Shown here: one piece after another, positions 46,062 to 52,949 of the stretch
How the letters are laid out: each line of letters begins with the position of its first letter
How positions within the stretch are numbered: position 1 is the first letter of the stretch
IMG/VR virus record: IMGVR_UViG_3300045120_000139
Coordinates: 1-52,949 of that record
Source of the DNA: a virus
Taxonomy: Duplodnaviria; Caudoviricetes
Length of the DNA: 52,949 nucleotides
Reading direction: 5' to 3' (one strand)
Translations under genes and position numbers: made by a program
Notes under the pieces: generated by a model
The model's database searches: none
What the model saw: only the letters and a program-made list of their open reading frames with translations
Told to the model about the DNA's origin: nothing

Positions 46062-46624
46062 GGCGCGCGTTCCTCGACCGCTGCGATGATTTCCGCCAAC
46101 GCTTCAGGCGGTACGCCGTGATATTTCTCGCGGATGTACGCGCAGACGGCCAGCACCAGCTTGTTAAAGTCCTCTTCCAGCATGGAATCAAACGCGATGG
46201 ATTGCGGCTGCAGCACTGGCGCCTGGATGATGCCGATGCCGAGGCTCGTCAAGTCGAGCTCGACGTGCGATTCGTCGCAGCAGACCTTGGCTTCGGTCTG
46301 AGCTTTTTTGAGGGCTGCATGGGTCTCCATCCCCTCGAAGCCTTCGCAATGTTCGACCAGTAACGCGCCGAGCGCGTGCGCCATTGCGTTGAACTTCGGA
46401 TTTCGTGGGCGCTTCGCCTCGACGCGGATCGTTTCGTTGATCTTGAAGCCGCGATCGCGTATCGCGCGCGCGTCCCATTCCGTGAGCGGCGCAAGCATGC
46501 TCTGCGGGCCGCCGAGCATCTCTCCGGTCTTCGCGTCGACGAGAATCGCCTTCACTGCACGCATGTAGAGCGGCTTCTGCGGCTTCGCAGGCTTGCGCGG
46601 CCTTGTGGCAGCTGTGGCGTTCAT
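46058..46624 (-). CDS. NinB/DUF1367-like recombination protein
   Basis: RPRNPKFNAMAH, PQSIAFDSM.E.DF. Confidence 0.65.
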   Translation of the reverse strand: MNATAATRPRKPAKPQKPLYMRAVKAILVDAKTGEMLGGPQSMLAPLTEWDARAIRDRGFKINETIRVEAKRPRNPKFNAMAHALGALLVEHCEGFEGMETHAALKKAQTEAKVCCDESHVELDLTSLGIGIIQAPVLQPQSIAFDSMLEEDFNKLVLAVCAYIREKYHGVPPEALAEIIAAVEERAP

Positions 46625-46787
46625 TGCGCGTCAACATCCCCGACAATCGCCTGCGCCAGCTTCGCCCGGCAGGTTTCGCACCAGACCGAATGCGAGCCGT
46701 CCTGCAGCACCGCGACAGGCTCACCGCATTCGCAGCGCAGCGTTGCGGGCTTGTGCTCGCTGTGTTCGCGCTGGTTAGGCTTGCTGT

Positions 46788-47777
46788 TCATGCGGCTTCA
46801 TCTTCCTGCTGCGCGAAAATGTCTTGCTGCGCAACTTCCTTGAGCGCGCCGCGCGCCGCTGCCTCCATATTGCGCACTGCCTGCTTGTAATAGCTGGACT
46901 TGAGTTCTGCGCCGATACCGCGGCGGCCATGCGTGACTGCCGAATAGACCTCAGAGCCAACACCCATGAATGGTGTGAATACGTTTTCCCCGGCATTGCT
47001 GCGCATCTGCACGATACGATCGATCACGTCGAGTTGAAGCGGATGAACATGCTTTTCGTCGTCCTCATCTTTCGATGCCTCGTAAGGCAGCACGCGGCCG
47101 AGGCGAATGTCGTCCCAAATAGACGATGCGTAGCGGCGCCAGATCCAATGCGAGAAACGGTTTTGCTTCTGGTCGCCCTGGAATCCACGCAATGCGCGCA
47201 CGTCGCTCGGCATCTTGGAATCGTCGCCAGCGTATTCGAGGAAGCCTACCGGGTTCGACACAGGCACCGGATTTGCCCCGCTCTTGGCAAATACAAGCAC
47301 GTAGTCAGCGGAGGCGACGCCGCATTGCACTGAATCATCCACGGCGGTCGCGTGCGCAAGGTTCTTCTGCATCGTGCGGCGGCGCACGCCAAGAGGCTCC
47401 TTCCATATCGCGTGCCGCGCAATAAAGTCGAAGCCTTCACGGGCATGCAGCCGGATAATGTCGCCAGGGAAATCGGTATATGAGCGGAACTGACAATTGC
47501 CGTTCGGCACATCCATGCAATGCACAGCAGTGCAACGACCTGGCATCGTCAGTCGCGCAATCTCGCGCACCACATAAGCGTAATGGTCGAAGAACTGCGC
47601 ATAGTCCCGACAGTTCGATAGGTCGCGCTCGTCGGACGAGTAGTGATACAAGCCTCCGAACGGCGGCGAATAAACGGACAGATGAACCGACTCGCTAGGA
47701 AGCGAGCCCATGACCTCGATGCAGTCGCCGTTGAATATCGCATAGCGCTCTGTCAAGGCCTGTTCGATCACAGCCAT
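46788..47777 (-). CDS. DNA amino-methyltransferase (N4-C/N6-A, beta class)
   Basis: GDC, SPPF, HVHPLQL, VFTPFMGVGSE, GAELK. Confidence 0.9.
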   Translation of the reverse strand: MAVIEQALTERYAIFNGDCIEVMGSLPSESVHLSVYSPPFGGLYHYSSDERDLSNCRDYAQFFDHYAYVVREIARLTMPGRCTAVHCMDVPNGNCQFRSYTDFPGDIIRLHAREGFDFIARHAIWKEPLGVRRRTMQKNLAHATAVDDSVQCGVASADYVLVFAKSGANPVPVSNPVGFLEYAGDDSKMPSDVRALRGFQGDQKQNRFSHWIWRRYASSIWDDIRLGRVLPYEASKDEDDEKHVHPLQLDVIDRIVQMRSNAGENVFTPFMGVGSEVYSAVTHGRRGIGAELKSSYYKQAVRNMEAAARGALKEVAQQDIFAQQEDEAA

Positions 47778-49165
47778 GAGGGAATCTCCAATTTCTGCGC
47801 GTGAGTTTTCTTCGCGCTGAGGTGAATAGCATTGTTCATTTCTGCGACCAGGTTGCCGAACATCTGCTGCGCCTGTCGCGCCTTTCGTTCTTGGTTTTCG
47901 ATCACTCGTGCCTCGCCAGCCGTATGCACAATATCGACGCGCACAGAATTGCGCTGACCGAAGCGGTAGCAGCGGCGCACCGCTTGGTAGTATTGTTCAT
48001 ACGAGTGCGATGGGAAGTACGTCACATGCGCGCACTGCTGCCAGTTCATGCCTAGTCCGCCGATCTTTGCCTTAGTCACTAGCTTTTTGATTTGACCTTC
48101 GGCAAACGCAATAAACCGCTCTTCCTTCACTGCGTCTTTGTCTGAGCCGGAAACCTGCACCGCGCCAGGCACTAGATCTTCGAGCAAATCCCCTTCCTCG
48201 TTGAACTGGCACCACATGATTGACGGCTGATCATGCGCAACCAATTCAGCGACTCTTTCGCAGCGTTCACGCACGGTGCGTTTCTTTTCCTCGCGCTGCT
48301 CTGGCAATGTTGCCGCTGGCAGGTTGAACAGCATGCCGTTCGCCAGCGACTTGGCGTCAACAAGATGGCGCTCCTCTGTCAGCGGCGGCAGGATGAAAGC
48401 GCCGTCATCGAAGCCGAGATCTGATGGTTTGCGCAATGCGCGCGCCCATGAACACACCCAACGCCAGAACGGAAGTTCAGCATGCCCCTTGAATCGCCAT
48501 TTCGGCGCCTCGCCATAGTGGCGCCGCGTAGCGCTGTTGTTCAGGTCGTTCTTGAAGAACCGATTGAGCATGTCCATGAAGCCCATGTAGCCAAGGGCCT
48601 CGGACGATGTGCCTAGTTCGATGTAATCGTTCGGCGCTGCGGTTGCTGTTTCAAGCAACCGGTATGGCACCTTGCGCATGAAGTCAGTTATCTGCGACTT
48701 GATCGCGCCGTCGAACGATTTTAGGATTGATGACTCGCCGCAAATTACTCCAGAAAAATCGGCCGGGTCGAAGTGTGCAAGCCGCTCGTAATTCGTGACT
48801 ATAAACTTGCCCGAGTACTCGCCATCGCTCGACCGCTTTACCTCTACGCCGATCTTTCCAGCCTCGCGAATCGTCTGCGCAGCGACCGCGAGCGGAGTCA
48901 GATAGAGCACTGGCTTGTTTGTGTGCTCGATAACGTTCTGGCCCCAGGTCAAAGACTGGAACGTCTTGCCAAGCCCGCAATCCTCGAACAGCGCAGCGCG
49001 CCCCTTTCGCACCGCGTAGTGAACCATCGCCTGCTGAAAGTCGAAGAGTTGCGTCGGCATGAACGTCGGCTCAAAACCGTGATCTGCTCCCTCATGCAAC
49101 TTGCGATCGAGAAAGCTGCCGTACTGCGGCAATTCGGATGCACCGCTGAATTCGAAATAGCTCAT
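47768..49165 (-). CDS. SNF2-like SF2 helicase
   Basis: LFDFQ, CGLGKT, GESS (degenerate DExx), TATAAPN, QAVRRCYRFGQ. Confidence 0.88.
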   Translation of the reverse strand: MSYFEFSGASELPQYGSFLDRKLHEGADHGFEPTFMPTQLFDFQQAMVHYAVRKGRAALFEDCGLGKTFQSLTWGQNVIEHTNKPVLYLTPLAVAAQTIREAGKIGVEVKRSSDGEYSGKFIVTNYERLAHFDPADFSGVICGESSILKSFDGAIKSQITDFMRKVPYRLLETATAAPNDYIELGTSSEALGYMGFMDMLNRFFKNDLNNSATRRHYGEAPKWRFKGHAELPFWRWVCSWARALRKPSDLGFDDGAFILPPLTEERHLVDAKSLANGMLFNLPAATLPEQREEKKRTVRERCERVAELVAHDQPSIMWCQFNEEGDLLEDLVPGAVQVSGSDKDAVKEERFIAFAEGQIKKLVTKAKIGGLGMNWQQCAHVTYFPSHSYEQYYQAVRRCYRFGQRNSVRVDIVHTAGEARVIENQERKARQAQQMFGNLVAEMNNAIHLSAKKTHAQKLEIPSWL

Positions 49166-49329
49166 GCGGCACCCAGGAGGAATTCGAACCAATCCTTGCG
49201 CGCCTCGCGCCAATTCTTGCGAGCCTTCTGCACTCTAAAGTCCATCGGCGCCTGCCGACCGTATTCGCAGGCTACGCGCCAATAGGTGGCGACGAAGGCG
49301 ATTGCGAGGTCTTCGATTAGCGGGGTCAT
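49162..49329 (-). CDS. Hypothetical protein
   Basis: MTPLIEDLA..., ATGA-coupled. Confidence 0.45.
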   Translation of the reverse strand: MTPLIEDLAIAFVATYWRVACEYGRQAPMDFRVQKARKNWREARKDWFEFLLGAA

Positions 49330-49462
49330 GCGTCGCGCTTCCCTACTTCGTGGCCGTTTTCGGCTGCGTGAATTACACGAGGCTGGAACGCGGCGAGCAT
49401 GTCCATCCATGCGGCGGTTTGCGGCATGCGCTCGCGGTTGCGGCGCTTGCGTTCGTCGAGGC

Positions 49463-51292
49463 TCACGCCACTTCGCTCTGGCTGTCGACCACACTGAGCG
49501 GCATCAGCGACCGCGGGCGTTGGTTCGGCCCGCTCAAGAATTGCGTAGTTGTCTTGTCGAACCAAAGTGCGATTGATGGCTCTTCTCCAGTGGCGCGCTG
49601 CTTGCTGACGAACAGCACAGTGTCTGGCGCGTTGGCGAATTTCTCGTCGAGCTGCTCGGGCTCTTGTCCGATCTCGGCGAGATTTGCGTTCTTGTCGGCG
49701 AGATTCTTCACGGCGCGCTCGCGCGGCCGATTGCGCCATATCTCGATTGTCGTGTCGGCCATATCGGTAATACCGCCGGATCCCTTCACGCCGCTCTTGC
49801 CCGCAGGCCGATCTTCGCTCTCGCCTTTTCCGCCCTTGCGCATGTGCGCGACGATGGCGATGTGCGCGCCAGACTCGCGGGCGAAGTCGGTCAAATCCTC
49901 GACAAAGGTTTTCTGGCCCGCGTAATCGTCATCGGCGAATCCGCACTTCGTGAGGTTGTCGATGACGAACAGGTCTATCTGATAGCGGCGGCGCGCGTAC
50001 TTGAACACCTCAAGGATTCGCTGACCCTTCGCGCGGCCGGCCACATCGAACGCGAACATGCAGGCCGAAAGCTTGCGATGAATCTCCCGCGCGAATGCCT
50101 GTGTAGGCTTGCAAACTCCTGCCACCTGACGATTCATGCGCATCAGCCACATCGGCGTGCGGAACTCCATGCTGGCGACACAAACCTTCGAACCGGCCAG
50201 CGCCAGGAATCCGACGACATAGCTGATCACGGCAGACTTTCCGTGGCCGCTGTAGCCTGCCCATATCGATGTCTCTCCCGGGCGAAGGCGCAGCGTGTTA
50301 TGCGTCTTCGGCCATGGCAGCAGCATGCCTTCGTCAACGCGGTCATACTCCGCGATCACGTCGTCTTCGAAGTCTCCGACGTTGCGCAATTCGTCAGGGT
50401 CTTGCGTGCGCGCCATGCGCATCGCTTCGATAATCTGCTCACGCGTAATGCCTTGTACAAGGCATTCGTTCGCGTCCTTATGCGGCAACCGAACGACCTT
50501 GCAACGTTCGCGGCCGAGGCGCTCCACAAGATCCGGTATAGCCTTGCGGCCTGCGGCGTCATCGTCCATCGATAGGTAGATCGTATCGAATCGCTCGAGG
50601 CGCTCGTACTCGCGCTCAATCCATCCATGCGCTCCGGCGCCGGTAGGAACACTTAGACTCGGGAAGCCGTACGCGTGCATCGCTATCGCATCGAGTTCGC
50701 CCTCGGTGATGCACACTGCGCGCGCCTTGAGACTCAGCGCCTGCCAGCCGAACAGAATCGGCTCGCACTCCGCATCGGCGCTGAACTGCTTCGGCAGCTT
50801 GCGGTACTTTGCGAAGACTAGGTCTTCTCCGAGCAGATAGGGAAACATCAGACGCTCGCCGCGGCTCGCCAGCTTGTATGCGTCGATCGACTCAAGCGGC
50901 AGATTGCGTACGTCCGTCAGCCAGGTCAGATGTTCCGCGGTCAGGCGACTGACGCCTTCGCGCGTCGGCCGGCTCCATGCGCGCGTGTCTCGCCTCACCG
51001 GACGGTCTTCGCTGATCCCGAGAAGCGCCAGCGCTTGGCTGCATGCCTCTTGCAGCGTGCAATTGCGCGCCGCCATCCATAGTCCGATGAAATCGCCCTT
51101 GTCGCCGGTGCTGAAGTCAGACCACACCCCGGCCTTATCGCCAGTCAGATGCACGCCGAGGGAATCGCCTGGCTCGCCGCTGAGGCTGCCGCACTTCCAT
51201 TCATGACCGACGCGCTTTCCCTGCGGTAGCAGTTCGCGCACCACAGATTCTGCTTGCGCGCCGAGAAGCCGCGAAATATCAGAAGCTCTCAC
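49463..51292 (-). CDS. Fused TOPRIM primase / SF4 (DnaB/T7 gp4-like) helicase
   Basis: ITEGELDA, MDDDAAG, KDANE; GYSGHGKS, FVIDNL, VAH, KGSG. Confidence 0.92.
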   Translation of the reverse strand: MRASDISRLLGAQAESVVRELLPQGKRVGHEWKCGSLSGEPGDSLGVHLTGDKAGVWSDFSTGDKGDFIGLWMAARNCTLQEACSQALALLGISEDRPVRRDTRAWSRPTREGVSRLTAEHLTWLTDVRNLPLESIDAYKLASRGERLMFPYLLGEDLVFAKYRKLPKQFSADAECEPILFGWQALSLKARAVCITEGELDAIAMHAYGFPSLSVPTGAGAHGWIEREYERLERFDTIYLSMDDDAAGRKAIPDLVERLGRERCKVVRLPHKDANECLVQGITREQIIEAMRMARTQDPDELRNVGDFEDDVIAEYDRVDEGMLLPWPKTHNTLRLRPGETSIWAGYSGHGKSAVISYVVGFLALAGSKVCVASMEFRTPMWLMRMNRQVAGVCKPTQAFAREIHRKLSACMFAFDVAGRAKGQRILEVFKYARRRYQIDLFVIDNLTKCGFADDDYAGQKTFVEDLTDFARESGAHIAIVAHMRKGGKGESEDRPAGKSGVKGSGGITDMADTTIEIWRNRPRERAVKNLADKNANLAEIGQEPEQLDEKFANAPDTVLFVSKQRATGEEPSIALWFDKTTTQFLSGPNQRPRSLMPLSVVDSQSEVA

Positions 51293-51317
51293 GGTTGCAC
51301 CACTGAGAATGCGGGGC

Positions 51318-52121
51318 TCATATAGCTGTCCTCAGCAGGAAGTCGAGGTCATCAGCCGCAGGCGCGCCGTTCCCGACGGAAGTTGTGGCAGATACGTTCG
51401 AAGTCTTCGACTGAATGCCGTCGTTCCAGCGATCCTGGTTGAGGTAGGTTTCAGGGTTCGGGACAAACCCGTCGCGCCATCTGCGATCCGTGGCGATGCG
51501 TTGCCTGACGTCGGCAATGATAACCTCCGCTACACGGTCAAGCTGGCGGGCCTTCCACTTCGTCGCACAAGGCTTCTTCCCAACCTTCTCGGGGTATAGT
51601 TTCCAGAATTCGTCAAACCGGGAAGTGGGAACTTGCTGCGGTTCGCTGAATATCTTTTGATCTTTCTTCTCTTCTTCTTCTTCTTCTTCTTCTTCTTCTG
51701 GTAACGCTTTATGTAACGCATCGAGCGTTACATGCGTAACGCTCAAATCGTTGCATTCAGCGTTACTGATGCGTTTCACTTCTCTGTAATCAGAGACACG
51801 TTTATTCGTAACTGCCCGTTTCTTCGCTGTTTCTCCGTTGTGCCTGTCGAAGTTAGGGAAAGTCACCGTACCGCCGTCGATCAGCAACCAGCGTACCTCG
51901 ACCATTGCAGAAGCGAAGCCTGTTCGCCCGATCTTGCGATCTATCCAGTCTGCTGTAACGCTGACAGCGTTACCGTCGACGCTGTGCTTATCTGCCCACG
52001 ACCACAGCCAGTGAAGGTGCCCGACAACCTCCGCCTCGCGGATGTCCAGCTTCCCTGCGATGGAGATCACCGCTGGATCTTCGTGCAGGTCGTGACGCAT
52101 CTTGATCCACTCCCCAGACAT
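51318..52121 (-). CDS. Replication initiator
   Basis: WIKM, LHWLWSWAD, FDEFWKLYP, PETYLNQDRWND. Confidence 0.8.
   Translation of the reverse strand: MSGEWIKMRHDLHEDPAVISIAGKLDIREAEVVGHLHWLWSWADKHSVDGNAVSVTADWIDRKIGRTGFASAMVEVRWLLIDGGTVTFPNFDRHNGETAKKRAVTNKRVSDYREVKRISNAECNDLSVTHVTLDALHKALPEEEEEEEEEEKKDQKIFSEPQQVPTSRFDEFWKLYPEKVGKKPCATKWKARQLDRVAEVIIADVRQRIATDRRWRDGFVPNPETYLNQDRWNDGIQSKTSNVSATTSVGNGAPAADDLDFLLRTAI
51662..51972. repeat. Putative origin inside the initiator gene: GTAACG/CGTTAC iterons beside a (GAA)n tract
   Basis: Several GTAACGC copies in both orientations at 51701-51766 and 51955-51972; TTC run at about 51665-51699. Confidence 0.6.
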
Positions 52122-52234
52122 TGGTCACAGGCTCCGCAGGTTGAAAACGGCGAATAGCCGATTGACGTTTTTCGGTGACAACAGCCGATGATGGAACAGC
52201 CACATCGCAGCACGCTTGAGATGCCGGCGGATCA

Positions 52235-52442
52235 TCAGGAGAGTCCCTTCTCGCGCTCCATGGCCTCGACCTGAGCGGCTGAGCGGCCATCAATCAGGTT
52301 TCGCATTGCGGTCCACCAATACCGCTTGAGAGGCGCGCTGGCAGTTGCCTTCATCGCCTCAGCACAAGTGACGATTGCGCACTCGCGGTCTTCGTCTGAA
52401 AGTTTTCCGGGGATTCCGGAGAGCAGCGGAGCTGACTGCATC
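52235..52442 (-). CDS. Hypothetical protein
   Basis: RSAAQVEAMEREKGL motif; start approximate. Confidence 0.55.
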
Positions 52443-52502
52443 GTGGAGTATTCTTCGGCTATCACGGTAGCTCCCGCAGTGAAATTATACTTTTCCACAA
52501 GT

Positions 52503-52534
52503 GAAAACGGCTCCGAGAATTGCTCCCGGAGCCG
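52503..52534 (-). terminator. tR1-like terminator after cro
   Basis: CGGCTCCG...CGGAGCCG followed by TTTT. Confidence 0.6.
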
Positions 52535-52538
52535 TGAA

Positions 52539-52763
52539 TTAGGCAGCTTTTTGTTCGGTATCACCCCAAATATCCGGCCGAAGCTCCTCGCGCTTCACCG
52601 CGTCGCCACTTTCATCGGCGAGACGGCGCACAAGGCCTCCGTCTATATTTGGTTTCGTTGAGAGTGCTTTGCGAAGATAGCCGATTGAGGTACCGCAACG
52701 CTTCGCGTAGGCGGCTTGATCTTGAACGGAGAGTGTTGCGAGGTAAGCGCGTAGAGTTTCCAT
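52539..52763 (-). CDS. cro: Cro/YdaS-like HTH regulator
   Basis: QAAYAKRCGTSIGYLRK...GDAVKREELRPDIW. Confidence 0.88.
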   Translation of the reverse strand: METLRAYLATLSVQDQAAYAKRCGTSIGYLRKALSTKPNIDGGLVRRLADESGDAVKREELRPDIWGDTEQKAA

Positions 52764-52770
52764 GTCGCGC

Positions 52771-52812
52771 AATTTACTCGCGGGTATGAAGCGATGTCAA
52801 TACCAACAGGAA
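52771..52812 (-). promoter_or_regulatory. PR-like promoter with operators
   Basis: TTGACA(52800-52795)-18 bp-TAAATT; operator TACTCGCGGGTA(52775-52786); weaker site TACCAACAGGAA(52801-52812). Confidence 0.75.
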
Positions 52813-52822
52813 ATAATTATTT

Positions 52823-52949
52823 TACTCAGGGGTATTGACAAGCCTATTACCCGCGAGTACATTCGCCTCCATCCACAGGGAGCAATCCATGCAATCCGAA
52901 GCACAGCAAGTCGAGCAGGCGTTTGCCGATAGCTGCGACCCAAGCGCGC
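52823..52949 (+). repeat. 127-bp exact direct repeat, copy 2 (window end)
   Basis: Identical to 1983-2109. Confidence 0.97.

Larger units (their letters stand above)
1983..52822. mobile_element. Complete circular-mapping siphovirus genome, 50,840 bp, lambdoid organisation with an HK97-like head
   Basis: Full replication, packaging, head, tail and lysis modules; closed by the 127-bp repeat. Confidence 0.92.

Noticed and set aside
52491-52499. DnaA box TTTTCCACA next to a TATAAT
   Set aside because: A single 9-mer match is expected by chance at this genome size.
52823-52949. 127-bp repeat as a physical direct terminal repeat or att core
   Set aside because: It stops mid-gene at the window end, and 127 equals a common maximum assembler k-mer. 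The HNH-terS-terL set points to cos packaging near 39.1-39.2 kb. It is best read as an assembly-graph overlap.

Overview
The window holds an apparently complete, circular-mapping lambdoid/HK97-type siphophage genome of 50,840 bp (1983-52822). The circle is closed by an exact 127-bp repeat (1983-2109 = 52823-52949). Ahead of it is a 1,982-bp branch (1-1982) that is the right end of an IS1595-family cargo transposon: a truncated ABC-type ATPase missed by the ORF track, the transposase, two small ORFs and a TIR-like end. The + strand early operon (2049-11118) encodes a DUF6745-like protein with 36 twelve-bp repeats, ERF, a YqaJ exonuclease and a Pol-beta nucleotidyltransferase. The - strand runs cro, initiator, primase-helicase, SNF2 helicase, DNA methylase, RuvC-like resolvase, Q, an expanded lysis region, HNH/terS/terL, protease, capsid, portal, collagen and fibre genes, connectors, a glycosyltransferase cassette and the tail genes. 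I found no integrase, cI repressor or partition genes. Mirror-image PL and PR promoters with 12-bp operators sit back to back, and the transposon end abuts exactly that site. Main leads: (1) the cI-less switch with an alternative transposon-filled allele, (2) a probable virion-glycosylation cassette beside collagen and fibre genes, (3) an unannotated ~150-nt structured RNA with its own promoter and terminator at 27637-27788, and (4) the all-non-synonymous tetrapeptide repeat array. All calls come from motif reading by eye; no searches were run.
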